A stretch of DNA of 64,000 nucleotides, from the NCBI GenBank assembly GCA_003599815.1, contig QZJZ01000071.1, positions 1,897 through 65,896 on the forward strand. The letters are read 5' to 3'. Origin of the DNA: Candidatus Auribacter fodinae (GTDB taxonomy: Bacteria > Auribacterota > Auribacteria > Auribacterales > Auribacteraceae). Shown here in pieces: positions 1 through 9,082 of this stretch. The notes under the pieces were generated by a model that did no database searches, had not been told where the DNA came from, and worked only from the letters and a program-made list of their open reading frames with translations. The position numbers and the translations under genes were made by a program. How positions within the stretch are numbered: position 1 is the stretch's first letter; the number at the start of each line of letters is the position of its first letter.

Positions 1-118
1 GTGCATGAACCTGCCCAAGTTTGACGGCAAGAAGCCCTAACTTCTGTATATATTCCAGATCAGGCATTCCCTGTCCGTAAATTGAATGTATTAATTTAGT
101 AAAATCAATCCAGTTCAC
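1..118 (-). CDS. 5' end of AarF/UbiB/ABC1 atypical kinase family protein (runs off window)
   Basis: Manual translation from GTG at 118: (M)NWIDFTKLIHSIYGQGMPDLEYIQKLGLLAVKLGQVHA. LGxxxxKLGQ is the ABC1/UbiB N-terminal motif. Not in ORF track. Confidence 0.7.
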   Translation of the reverse strand, partial: MNWIDFTKLIHSIYGQGMPDLEYIQKLGLLAVKLGQVHA

Positions 119-134
119 TGTACTGCACTTTTTA

Positions 135-578
135 TTACTTTGTGAGATATATTATCTCGATTTTAAGTGTCTTATCTTCCGAATCAAGTACAAATACTGA
201 GTCTTTAAATTTCGGTGGCGCAAACCTGTATTTGACATTATTGGAAACAGCTACCCCTTCTTTAGGCATCCCGATAAAGGTTACGTCAACTTTATCATTC
301 ATATTTTCATCGTGAAATACGCTTATAGCGTAACTTCCGTATGGCACTGATTCAAAAACCAGTTTACATGCGTTTTGCTCAATATCAGTGAATAAATATT
401 TATCGGCAAATTCGTGTTTTCCCGGGAACCCTTTATTTTGTGAAAACAGGTTTACCCCAGCTTTTCCAGACGAGTTCCTGAATCCCGTTATTATGACTTC
501 AATATTGCCAGTATTATCTCCTGCATAAAGCGTACATGAACAAAACAAAGATAATAACAGTACTGTTAAAAATTTCAT
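135..578 (-). CDS. DUF2141 family secreted protein
   Basis: Signal peptide; G.YAISVFHDEN.N......G.PKEG...SNN......P.F motif. Confidence 0.85.
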   Translation of the reverse strand: MKFLTVLLLSLFCSCTLYAGDNTGNIEVIITGFRNSSGKAGVNLFSQNKGFPGKHEFADKYLFTDIEQNACKLVFESVPYGSYAISVFHDENMNDKVDVTFIGMPKEGVAVSNNVKYRFAPPKFKDSVFVLDSEDKTLKIEIIYLTK

Positions 579-603
579 TTATCATCCTGATCCACGACAC
601 GTG

Positions 604-2097
604 TCAGCGTTGTTGGGCCACCTTATACTTTTTCATTATCAGTTCGCTCGATATACGGCCTGATTCATAGATAGTGGGTAAGCCGCTTCCCGGATGCGTC
701 CCGCCCCCTACCAAATAACAGTTATCCAATTCCTCGTACTTGTTATGAGGCCTGAAGTAGAGCATTTGCGTCAGGTTATGCGCCAGGTTGAATGTGGCGC
801 CTAAATATACGTTGTAGTTATTCTGCCAATCAGCGGGGGTAATTATTTTTTCAACTTTAATATGCGCTTTAAAATCTTTCATCTCGGTTTTTTGTACTAT
901 GCGTTCCAATACTTTATTTTTAAAAGACTCTTTTTCTTTCTCCCAATCAATACTACTTTTATTGTTGGGTACCGGAACAAGCACATAGATCGTTGAATGC
1001 CCTTCAGGAGCGAGTGTAGGATCTGTAACCGATGCATTTTGAATATAAATAGACATATCATCGGAAAGTTTTGTGCTGTGAAATATGTCTTGAATATTCT
1101 GACGGTAGTCATTCGCAAAGAATATATTATGGTGAGGAATGTCGTACTTTTTATCAAGTCCGAGATACAGCATGAAAGTTGAGCAGGAATACCTTTTATC
1201 TTTCAGTTTCTCTTTTGAGTATTTTTTGAGTATACCTTCTTCAACAAGATTGGACATGGAGTACGCGAAATCAGAATTAACAATTACTTCGTCAGCATAC
1301 ACCTTTGAGCCGTTCTCCAGTACCAAGCCTTTTACGGTTTTCTTTTCCAGGATAAGTTGTTTTACTTTTGTCTTGAGATGTACCTTACCGGACAATTCTT
1401 CAATGACTTTTTTCATTGCCAACGATATTTTATTTAATCCACCTGTGACATGATATATTCCATACCGGTGCTCAACATAGGGTATCATGGTAAAAGCCGC
1501 CGGGCATTCCCATGGCGACATACCTAAGTATTTTGCCTGAAAAGTAAATGATAATTTAAGTTTTTCATCCTTAAAAAAACGCCCTAAATTATTATACAGG
1601 GACTTTCCAAGTTTAAGATAAGGCAACGCCTTCAGCATGTTAGAACAATATAATTTAGAAAAATTCGAATAATCCATTTTCAAGCAATCATACATCTTCT
1701 CGTATTGCAATTGAATCTGTTCAAGGAATTTGTCATAGCCGCTTTCGTTGCCCGGAAAATGATGATCAATTTGCTTTTTCATTTCTTTGGCATTATTGCT
1801 GGGCAGGAATTCCAGATCATTGAATTTAAGTCGATACATGGGATTAAGCTGTTTAATTTCTATATAGTCGCTTAGTTTTCGGCCAGTCATTTTAAAAATT
1901 TCTTCAAGCACAAAATGCATCATCAGAAAAGTAGGGCCTGTATCAAATGTATACCCATCTAAACAAATAGGTGCGTTCCTGCCTCCGACGACGGATTCTT
2001 TTTCAAATATCTCAACGTTGAAGCCGTTTTTAGCAAGGATCATCCCTGCTGTCAACCCCCCTGGGCCAGCGCCTATTATAGCGATTTTCTTTGCCAT
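604..2097 (-). CDS. crtI: Phytoene desaturase family FAD oxidoreductase (CrtI/CrtN-like)
   Basis: GAGPGG FAD motif, FDTGPT, YLGMSP, C-terminal YLVGGGTHPGSGLPTI. Confidence 0.88.
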   Translation of the reverse strand: MAKKIAIIGAGPGGLTAGMILAKNGFNVEIFEKESVVGGRNAPICLDGYTFDTGPTFLMMHFVLEEIFKMTGRKLSDYIEIKQLNPMYRLKFNDLEFLPSNNAKEMKKQIDHHFPGNESGYDKFLEQIQLQYEKMYDCLKMDYSNFSKLYCSNMLKALPYLKLGKSLYNNLGRFFKDEKLKLSFTFQAKYLGMSPWECPAAFTMIPYVEHRYGIYHVTGGLNKISLAMKKVIEELSGKVHLKTKVKQLILEKKTVKGLVLENGSKVYADEVIVNSDFAYSMSNLVEEGILKKYSKEKLKDKRYSCSTFMLYLGLDKKYDIPHHNIFFANDYRQNIQDIFHSTKLSDDMSIYIQNASVTDPTLAPEGHSTIYVLVPVPNNKSSIDWEKEKESFKNKVLERIVQKTEMKDFKAHIKVEKIITPADWQNNYNVYLGATFNLAHNLTQMLYFRPHNKYEELDNCYLVGGGTHPGSGLPTIYESGRISSELIMKKYKVAQQR

Positions 2098-2497
2098 GAA
2101 AGACCTCTTTCCTTTGAATTTATTTCATTTGAACAACGGTTTTCAACAAAGCTTGAAATTAGTTTAACTTATTGCTGAGAAAGTGTCCCTAGTAAAAATT
2201 AAATCGTTGAGCATTTTTTTATATTGGTAGTGTTGTGACGGTTAACAGATCAAATCCGTTCAATCTTTTTTTATCTTCGGTGTTGTTTTGATCCAATTGA
2301 GATTTATGTTGGATAAGGAAAAATGCTGAAAACGTAAAAAAAGTTTTAGTTTTGAAAGTCAGAGCTTCATCTTCTGAAGTTCTGCATTTTTAGTGTCCAA
2401 AGTATTGTGTATTAAAAATTAAAGTGACACATCACGTAATTGATTTTTCGTCATATATTTGTTTTCAACTATACAGGAATAAGAATCTTCGACAAAC

Positions 2498-2531
2498 AAA
2501 AAAAGCTCACTTTGGTAAACAAAGTGAGCTT
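2498..2531 (-). terminator. Intrinsic terminator of tRNA-Gln/Glu operon
   Basis: AAGCTCACTTT-7nt-AAAGTGAGCTT hairpin followed by U-run on minus strand. Confidence 0.8.
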
Positions 2532-2541
2532 AAAATAAGAA

Positions 2542-2614
2542 TAGCCCCTAGGGGAATCGAACCCCTGTTTGATGGCTGAGAACCATCCGTCCTAGGCCAC
2601 TAGACGAAGGGGCC
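2542..2614 (-). tRNA. tRNA-Glu(CTC), CCA not encoded
   Basis: Cloverleaf: GGCCCCT/AGGGGCT acceptor, GATGG-TTCTCAG-CCATC anticodon arm, GTTCGATTC T-loop. Confidence 0.95.
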
Positions 2615-2654
2615 ACCCGATATCTCAGATATGTTGGTCCGGCAAGAAAAAAAA

Positions 2655-2725
2655 CAGCCGAGGAAGGAGTCGAACCCTCACGTATGGAACCAGAATCCAC
2701 TGTCCTACCATTAGACGACTCGGCT
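2655..2725 (-). tRNA. tRNA-Gln(CTG), CCA not encoded
   Basis: AGCCGAG/CTCGGCT acceptor, GTGGA-TTCTGGT-TCCAT anticodon arm, GTTCGACTC T-loop, G73. Confidence 0.95.
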
Positions 2726-2738
2726 GTATTGTTTGTGA

Positions 2739-2766
2739 ATTCTATCATATTATCGTTCATAGTCAA
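2739..2766 (-). promoter_or_regulatory. sigma70-type promoter for tRNA operon
   Basis: TTGACT-16nt-TAGAAT with TGn extended -10, just upstream of tRNA-Gln. Confidence 0.7.
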
Positions 2767-2780
2767 CGAAAAATTAACAT

Positions 2781-2821
2781 AAAAAAACCCTCTTTCACAA
2801 CAAATTGCTGTGAAAGAGGGT
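2781..2821 (-). terminator. Intrinsic terminator
   Basis: ACCCTCTTTCACA-9nt-TGTGAAAGAGGGT perfect 13-bp stem plus U-run on minus strand. Confidence 0.85.
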
Positions 2822-2836
2822 GATGTATGTTTCTAT

Positions 2837-2917
2837 TTAAAAGCTAACGAGAATTTCTCCTCGTATTTCTATCAACTCCTCTTCAAGAAGTAAATTAGAT
2901 AGAAGAATGTTATCCAT
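2837..2917 (-). CDS. Putative 26-aa small protein MDNILLSNLLLEEELIEIRGEILVSF
   Basis: GGAGG RBS 6 nt before ATG; stop lies just before the terminator; not in ORF track. Confidence 0.45.
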   Translation of the reverse strand: MDNILLSNLLLEEELIEIRGEILVSF

Positions 2918-3167
2918 CTAGGACCTCCAATAATCTCAAAGAACATTTATATGAATTTGCGGAGTATTAAGCGTTACCAGCATAACTCTTTAAAAAATGT
3001 GTGAGATATACTCCTGAACACACTCCGTCAATATATTCCAAAATCTCTATCTATATCCTGCATCATCACTTCGGCAATTTTTGGCTCAATTTAACATAAT
3101 GTCAGGCTTAAGCTCCCCCCTTTCCGGCCTCATTAAAATTACCTGTGATGGAAATTTCCTTATTAAA

Positions 3168-3195
3168 ATAATATAGTATCTTAACAGTATGTCAA
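3168..3195 (-). promoter_or_regulatory. sigma70-type promoter of orphan short transcript
   Basis: TTGACA-16nt-TATTAT. Confidence 0.55.
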
Positions 3196-3202
3196 TAAAA
3201 AA

Positions 3203-3844
3203 TTACAAATTTCTTTTTATAACCGGCAATAAACTTTTCGCTGATTCCGCGAATAAACTGTTCGGCTCCGCATCTAAAAGAGCATCAACGACTTTTTTTG
3301 CCTCGGCATAGTTACCGTCACGTATCAGCATTTGAGCCAGATTGACTTGCGCTTCAGCCCTGAAAGCGCTGTTTTTGAAATTATTTACGACTGTTTCAAA
3401 CGCCGCGCGGGCTTTGTCAAATTCCTGCAGTTGCGTGTATGCATATCCCATGCCAAGATATGCTGAATCCACGATCTGGCTGTCTTTGTAGTTGTTTACG
3501 ATTTGTTCGAATGATTCCAGCGCTTGTCGATAATCGTTTTCTTCGTAAAGAAGATTGCCTTTTTTGTACAGGACGATCGGCGTGAACTTATCATTGTCAT
3601 AGTTTTCTATAAACGCGGTCATTTCTTCTTTGGTTACTGCGGTATCAAATGCCTGCTGTGCTTTATGCGCCTTGTACCTGATAAAATGCGCGGAAAAAAT
3701 TACCACGACAACGAGCCCAAGCGCGCCGATAGCGATCCACTGCACGGTTGTTTTATTTTCCTTGTAATAGATCAGGAACTTATCCATAGAAGTGAGAAAC
3801 GCATCAGTTTTCAACTCTTTTTCAGGTATATGGCCTTTTGACAC
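3203..3844 (-). CDS. Membrane-anchored TPR protein (YfgM/CpoB-like)
   Basis: Single N-terminal TM segment then TPR repeats; GGAGG RBS before GTG start. Confidence 0.8.
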   Translation of the reverse strand: MSKGHIPEKELKTDAFLTSMDKFLIYYKENKTTVQWIAIGALGLVVVVIFSAHFIRYKAHKAQQAFDTAVTKEEMTAFIENYDNDKFTPIVLYKKGNLLYEENDYRQALESFEQIVNNYKDSQIVDSAYLGMGYAYTQLQEFDKARAAFETVVNNFKNSAFRAEAQVNLAQMLIRDGNYAEAKKVVDALLDAEPNSLFAESAKSLLPVIKRNL

Positions 3845-3865
3845 TTTTGTATCCTCCTAAATCAC

Positions 3866-4519
3866 TTACCTTTGCGATGCTTTATATACTAATTCTTCAC
3901 TATTTTTAATAATCTTCCGTATATCATTTTCATCCAGCCCGGCTCCGCGAGCGACGGCGTCCCGGAACGACGGAGACAACAGGTCGCCGGGCGCGTGCGA
4001 ATCGGTATTTATAACCAGTTTCGCGCCGTATTTTTTAGCCAGCTTTGCCACATGCCCGTTGGTCAGGGAATGCCCGCGCCGCGTGGTAATCTCAAGACAG
4101 ACACCGTATTTCGCGGCCAGTTTGACATCGTCGTCAGAAATCAGTCCGGGGTGCGCTAAAAAGTCAGGCTTAGCCGAAATCGCCGCTTTATTGGTACCGG
4201 GAATACACGGCTCCACGATGGTTTCGCCATGGACACCAACGATTTTCGCGCCAAGTTTCCTGCTTTTTTCCACTAAAGAGGGTATAAGAGACGGTAACAC
4301 ATGCGTTAATTCTACACCAGGCAATATTGTTATATCGGACTTTCCGCGTATATCTTGAATAAATTGATTTACAGCGTGCAGTAACGTGTCGATATTGGAG
4401 CTGTCAGCGTGGTCTGTGATAGCCAGAGCGGTGTACCCGGCGTGGCGCGCGCGCTGCATCAGCTCGGACGGGATAAGTTCACCGTCGCTGAAAAATGTGT
4501 GCATGTGCAGGTCAATCAT
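3866..4519 (-). CDS. PHP-family hydrolase (histidinol phosphate phosphatase domain)
   Basis: DLHMHTFFSDG, ITDH, GVE, AHPG, NTDSH motifs. Confidence 0.9.
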   Translation of the reverse strand: MIDLHMHTFFSDGELIPSELMQRARHAGYTALAITDHADSSNIDTLLHAVNQFIQDIRGKSDITILPGVELTHVLPSLIPSLVEKSRKLGAKIVGVHGETIVEPCIPGTNKAAISAKPDFLAHPGLISDDDVKLAAKYGVCLEITTRRGHSLTNGHVAKLAKKYGAKLVINTDSHAPGDLLSPSFRDAVARGAGLDENDIRKIIKNSEELVYKASQR

Positions 4520-4567
4520 GTCGACAAATCCGTTATTAATCGTTATTCACGTGAAATTATTGAGTTG

Positions 4568-4595
4568 AGTATACCAGAAAGACACTGGTTGTCAA
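4568..4595 (-). promoter_or_regulatory. sigma70-type promoter of PHP-TPR operon
   Basis: TTGACA-16nt-TATACT with TGn extension. Confidence 0.65.
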
Positions 4596-4671
4596 CAATG
4601 ATATCAGATTCCAATACCGGAAAATAAGTTTATTTTATCGTGTGCAGGGATATAAAGCAGGCTGTGAAAAT

Positions 4672-4701
4672 AAAACAGGGGATACGGTAAGGTATCCCCT
4701 G
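4672..4701 (-). terminator. Terminator after PEP-CTERM gene
   Basis: CAGGGGATAC-6nt-GTATCCCCTG hairpin plus U-rich tail. Confidence 0.8.
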
Positions 4702-4731
4702 CATGTGTGCATTCGTGTATATCTGAAAAAG

Positions 4732-5361
4732 TTATTTTTTCCTCGCGGCAAATCCTGCGATCGCGCTGATTATAAGCAGGATCGTTGCAGGTTCCGGAAC
4801 CGGAGGCGCTTCGGTGTATGTAATGTTTATGACCGGGTTAATCCAGTATGTGTATAACTGTCCGCTGTATTCGGTGGCTACGCGCAAGGAATAACCGGAA
4901 TGTGATTTCATTGCTGTTAAATCGGCTTTCAGGTACGCGGTAACATCCTGAACGCTGGTGCCGTAAGGGTTGTTTTCTGTAATCGAAGACACGGAGGCAT
5001 CGAATTCACCGGAAAGGTACGTGCCGTCTTCGTTATCATTCATGGCGTAAAAGTTGTAACTCGCTGAGCCCTGGTCTCCCATAATGTCGCCGAGAACAAA
5101 AGTGGCGCTCTCAATAGAGTTTGCGGTGATTCCCTGACTATATAGTGACTGCAGGCTGTATTCCGCAAAGGCACGGGTTATGGCTCCAACATAAGAATAG
5201 TAGCTGGATATTTTCAGGCTGGGATAATTTGTTCCATTTTGCTCTATTGAGTGCACATACCTGTCAGCATTGCCCAGTGTGATAGTCGCGGCGTTGAGAG
5301 TTAGCGCTGAAAACATGCATACAGCCATTACCACGGTGATAAAAATCGCCTTGAGTTTCAT
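4732..5361 (-). CDS. PEP-CTERM sorting domain protein
   Basis: Signal peptide; C-terminal VPEP + TM helix + RKK. Confidence 0.9.
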   Translation of the reverse strand: MKLKAIFITVVMAVCMFSALTLNAATITLGNADRYVHSIEQNGTNYPSLKISSYYSYVGAITRAFAEYSLQSLYSQGITANSIESATFVLGDIMGDQGSASYNFYAMNDNEDGTYLSGEFDASVSSITENNPYGTSVQDVTAYLKADLTAMKSHSGYSLRVATEYSGQLYTYWINPVINITYTEAPPVPEPATILLIISAIAGFAARKK

Positions 5362-5551
5362 TGATAGTCCCTTTATAAGTATTTGGTTTGGAAAAATGTT
5401 GGTATATTACATTATCGCATGGTTAAGCGTTCTTTTCAACTGGTCGGTAAAAAAATATGTAAATTATTTTTTTGTAAAAAAGGGATGTACTGAGGTATTT
5501 CCAATAAAAATAATTTTTGAAAGTTGAAATTGAGTGGAACTTAAATAAAAA

Positions 5552-5625
5552 TACGCCCGGCGGGAGTCGAACCCACGACACCCGGATTAGGAATCCGGTG
5601 CTCTATCCTACTGAGCTACGGGCGC
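5552..5625 (-). tRNA. tRNA-Arg(CCT), CCA not encoded
   Basis: GCGCCCG/CGGGCGT acceptor, CCGGA-TTCCTAA-TCCGG anticodon arm, GTTCGACTC. Confidence 0.95.
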
Positions 5626-5702
5626 ATTCAGTTGATAAATATTGCTCTTTTTACCAAAAACGGCACAGTTCCGCAAGATAAATCGGTTCTACGTACGATA
5701 TA

Positions 5703-6713
5703 TCACGTCAGCATGAAGAAATCAACGCTTTCCGTGTACCCCGCCTGAACCAGAAAATCCCGTATTTTCCGGCGCGCCCCATCCGCAGACACATAACATA
5801 TCACCGGATACCCCGAATAATCCCGTAACCCTTCAGGAGCAATCACCGGAATGCCGTCGCGGTGTGTGCCGATGATCTTGCGGTCTACATCAACATACGC
5901 GGCGAACTCAATACCGTACGGTTTAAGTAAAGATGAAAACTGCCTCGATTTCCGTTTTGCGCCCCATATCACAACTTTCCCTGAATTTTTCTTGATAAGC
6001 CCGGCAAGGTAATGCGCTTTGCACCGGTGAAAATTGATCAGCGAGTACCGGTCGTCTACTCTTGATAACCGATCCTGCCTGTCGCGCCAGTAATGGAGCA
6101 CTTTCCGCACTTTGCCGAACCGAACGCCAGACCGCAACAGCCGGAGCCATAGGTCGTAATCCTCAGGCCAACCGTGATCCTGATACCCTCCGGCACAACG
6201 GATTGTATCTGTGCGTGTCATTACAGACGGGTGGGCGATAGGCGACTCTACAAACATCTCGCGCCGCATGTCCTCATGCGTGCACAGGCTGTTCAGCCAC
6301 TGCATGTATGCGGAGTAGCCTTCGCGTATGCCGGTTTCCGAGAATTTTTCTACAAGACAGCTCACCACGTCAATATCCGTATTTTTTTCCAGAAAGGCAA
6401 CTTGTTCAGCGAGCCGCTCAGGGTGCATACGGTCGTCAGCGTCCATCCTGGCGATAAACGGGGCACGGGCGGTTTCAATACCGCTGTTGAGCGACGGTAT
6501 AATGCCTTTATTCGTATCATTGCGGATAACCCGTACTCTGGCATCGGACTGGGCGAACCGGCTGACTATGGCAGGTGTACGGTCGGTCGATCCGTCATCA
6601 ACAATGATCAGTTCGAAATCGGACAAAGATTGAGCGAAAACAGAGGAAACCGCCTCAAAAAGAAAGCGCTCCCCGTTATACACAGGGAGCGCCACGGAAA
6701 CTATGGGGTTCAT
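5703..6713 (-). CDS. Glycosyltransferase family 2 with C-terminal Rossmann-like extension
   Basis: PVYNGE, VDDGSTD, RMDADD, PEDYDLW motifs; C-terminal IWGA...YVDVD. Confidence 0.9.
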   Translation of the reverse strand: MNPIVSVALPVYNGERFLFEAVSSVFAQSLSDFELIIVDDGSTDRTPAIVSRFAQSDARVRVIRNDTNKGIIPSLNSGIETARAPFIARMDADDRMHPERLAEQVAFLEKNTDIDVVSCLVEKFSETGIREGYSAYMQWLNSLCTHEDMRREMFVESPIAHPSVMTRTDTIRCAGGYQDHGWPEDYDLWLRLLRSGVRFGKVRKVLHYWRDRQDRLSRVDDRYSLINFHRCKAHYLAGLIKKNSGKVVIWGAKRKSRQFSSLLKPYGIEFAAYVDVDRKIIGTHRDGIPVIAPEGLRDYSGYPVICYVSADGARRKIRDFLVQAGYTESVDFFMLT

Positions 6714-6719
6714 TTGATT

Positions 6720-6929
6720 TTATCGTCCGTACGGGTTCCGTTCGGGCGTGCCTCCGGCATAGCCTTCAGCGGCTCCTTCCGGCACGGACTGAACCACACC
6801 CAGCGCGCCGCCGATAGGCTGTCCCAAATTGTGTGCGGCCTGATGCGGGTCAGCGGCGCATCCGGCAAGTACTGTTAAGAATCCTGTAAGAACAAGCACT
6901 GCAAGTATGCGAATAACCATGTAAGGCAT
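6720..6929 (-). CDS. Small Gly/Ala-rich lipoprotein
   Basis: AAGGAG RBS, LAGC lipobox, 5-6 nt gaps to both neighbours. Confidence 0.75.
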   Translation of the reverse strand: MPYMVIRILAVLVLTGFLTVLAGCAADPHQAAHNLGQPIGGALGVVQSVPEGAAEGYAGGTPERNPYGR

Positions 6930-6934
6930 CTCCT

Positions 6935-7855
6935 TTATTGTCCCCTTACGATATCTTTAGCCTGAAAACCTGACCCGGACACAGCCACGGCTTTCGAGAA
7001 TTTTTCCTGAACGTTGACTACTTCAATCACACCGATTTGCGATGTGTCTGAACCGAGGAGCATACCTGTATCAGGATCAATGAAATCCTCGCCTTTGTGG
7101 AATACGGTAAACTGGTCGCCGACCTGAATTCCGGTGTTGGTTCCGCTGTTAATGATAATCGTATCACCTTGAACAGTAACGACTTTTCCTTCCCACGGAA
7201 TGGCTCTCATTTTCTGAGTGACATAATCAACAGCGTTATCAATGGCGATTTGTGTCGCTTTGCCGAGCGGAGTTTTGGAGAAACCTTCCTGTCCGAACCC
7301 GAATCCACTGCCGGAAAAATCAAATCCGAGCCCGCCTGCTTCGGCGTTACCTTCAACGCGTTGAGAATCAAGCACTTCTCCGGTTGATGTGTCGATCAGG
7401 CGGATAATAACCGCTACATGGGCGGTTTCGCGGTTCATGTTTACGTTGAATCCTCTGATGTTCATCCCTTGTCCGCCGCCTTTTTTGCTTTCGTCGAATT
7501 CAGTGATTGCTCCGCGGATAAGTATTTGAGCGGGAGGCATTTTTCCGATACTTGCGGTTGCTCCTGCTGTGGTAGTCCTGCCGCTCGCGGCGAAATCCTG
7601 TTCCTGCAGGACGGATTCCAGAGCCTGCCGTTCCAGCACGATAAAGTTGCCGGATTGGATCAGCGCGTCGGTCAGCATATCAGCCATACCGTCACCGATT
7701 TCCCATGAGCTGGCGGCTCCGGCTTTATTTTCAAAACTCTCGACAGCGACTAATTTTTTCAAAGCCGTTGCGGCGTAAGCGGGATGAACTGCGGCAACCA
7801 GAACGGCGCCGAGCGCGAGACACATCAATCGTTTTCCAAACTTCATTTTAAACAT
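6935..7855 (-). CDS. CsgG/HfaB-family protein with FlgT C-terminal-like domain
   Basis: VAV..FEN, G.GMADML..AL..SG.F.VLER..L..VL.EQ, G.ITEF; C-terminal GKVV....IIINSG...GI.VGD.F.V...IDPDTG..LG; SPase I-type signal (AYA). Confidence 0.85.
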   Translation of the reverse strand: MFKMKFGKRLMCLALGAVLVAAVHPAYAATALKKLVAVESFENKAGAASSWEIGDGMADMLTDALIQSGNFIVLERQALESVLQEQDFAASGRTTTAGATASIGKMPPAQILIRGAITEFDESKKGGGQGMNIRGFNVNMNRETAHVAVIIRLIDTSTGEVLDSQRVEGNAEAGGLGFDFSGSGFGFGQEGFSKTPLGKATQIAIDNAVDYVTQKMRAIPWEGKVVTVQGDTIIINSGTNTGIQVGDQFTVFHKGEDFIDPDTGMLLGSDTSQIGVIEVVNVQEKFSKAVAVSGSGFQAKDIVRGQ

Positions 7856-7873
7856 CTCCTTCCGTGTGTATAT

Positions 7874-9082
7874 CTATTCAATATCAAATAACCGTATTTC
7901 AAGACGGTTCGGCGTTTTGGCGGTGAGTTCCACGCCAACAGTAGTGAATTCTTCCAGCCGTTCGTCAAATGTTTTATGTACAGATCCTTCGACGTCAAGG
8001 TCAATCAGCATAATTTCATCCTGAAAACTGCGTTCGTTTATCGACGCGACACCGCGTATCTGTTTCAGCTCGTTTTTAAACAGGCGGCGCCGCGCGCCGT
8101 TTACATTGGATATGACCAGTTGTATGGGAGCTGTATTATAAACGTCACTGCGCCACTGGTCAAGTATGCGGGGCACAAGTGTTTCGGCGAGTTGCACACC
8201 TGCCGCGCCCAGCGCCTGCCGTGCGGCTTCCATTTTGCCTGAACCCTGTCCTTCGCCGGGTTTGCGCCAGTCGCTTTGAGCGTTGGCAGTGGCGATAACC
8301 TGCCCTGTATCAGTATTAACAGCGCGAGCGTTGATCTGAGCCTGATAATAGAAGACCGGCGTGCCGTAGGGCATTGCGGAATCGACAAGGTCTGCGGACG
8401 CCTCGCCGATGATAACCACTTCAGCGCCAAACTGCCTGCCCAGAGCCGCGGCTTTATCGGGATCAGCGTAATTGAGTGCCGCGTCACGTTGTTTTATCAT
8501 TTCGAGCTGTCCTTTGTCGATCATCGGGAAACCTTTGGAGAGCAGTTTCTGTTCCAGCGACGATTGGGCGACACCGCCCTGAACTTGTCCGCCCCAGACC
8601 GGATCGGTCTGGTCGACCATTTCCCTGAAGATGATGATAACGCGGGGATTACCTTTTTCGTTTTTGATGATATTGAGGGCTTTTAAGTCTTTTTCCAGAG
8701 GCGCGAGAGCGACAGCGGCACGCACTCCGATACGATAAATCTGCCCGTCTCCGTTGTTGTCGGAGATAACGGAGTAGTCTGTTACGTATCCTTTTACCTG
8801 AGTATACACTTCGTCGTTGAGGAGCTGAAAGTTTTGTGTCATGGATTCCGAGTCAACGAGGCTCCCCACACCTTGTTCAACAGCCCGCCGCAACGCGCGT
8901 TTTGTCGCTTCGTCGCGGGCACGGAGCAACGCTTCCTGCCCTTCGCCGACAACCGCGGCAATGCCTTCCGCCTCTATCTCTTTCGCGGGTATATCCTGCG
9001 CAAGGAGGGGATTAGGCATGCACAACGGGATGGCAATCAGGCATACGCATGCAAACAGCAATTTCAGTTTATTCAACGACAT
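7874..9082 (-). CDS. Secreted protein with FlgT N-terminal-like domain and CsgG/TolB-N-like middle domain
   Basis: AEG.A...ARDEA...ALRRAVEQGVG..V.S.S...NF.L; AA.LGR..GAEVVI.G; ATG at 9082 overlaps the preceding gene end. Confidence 0.75.
   Translation of the reverse strand: MSLNKLKLLFACVCLIAIPLCMPNPLLAQDIPAKEIEAEGIAAVVGEGQEALLRARDEATKRALRRAVEQGVGSLVDSESMTQNFQLLNDEVYTQVKGYVTDYSVISDNNGDGQIYRIGVRAAVALAPLEKDLKALNIIKNEKGNPRVIIIFREMVDQTDPVWGGQVQGGVAQSSLEQKLLSKGFPMIDKGQLEMIKQRDAALNYADPDKAAALGRQFGAEVVIIGEASADLVDSAMPYGTPVFYYQAQINARAVNTDTGQVIATANAQSDWRKPGEGQGSGKMEAARQALGAAGVQLAETLVPRILDQWRSDVYNTAPIQLVISNVNGARRRLFKNELKQIRGVASINERSFQDEIMLIDLDVEGSVHKTFDERLEEFTTVGVELTAKTPNRLEIRLFDIE

Noticed and set aside
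2548-2766. 72-aa ORF in track
   Set aside because: Overlies tRNA-Glu, tRNA-Gln and their promoter; shadow ORF.
6174-6878. 234-aa plus-strand ORF
   Set aside because: Antisense shadow of GT2 and the lipoprotein gene.
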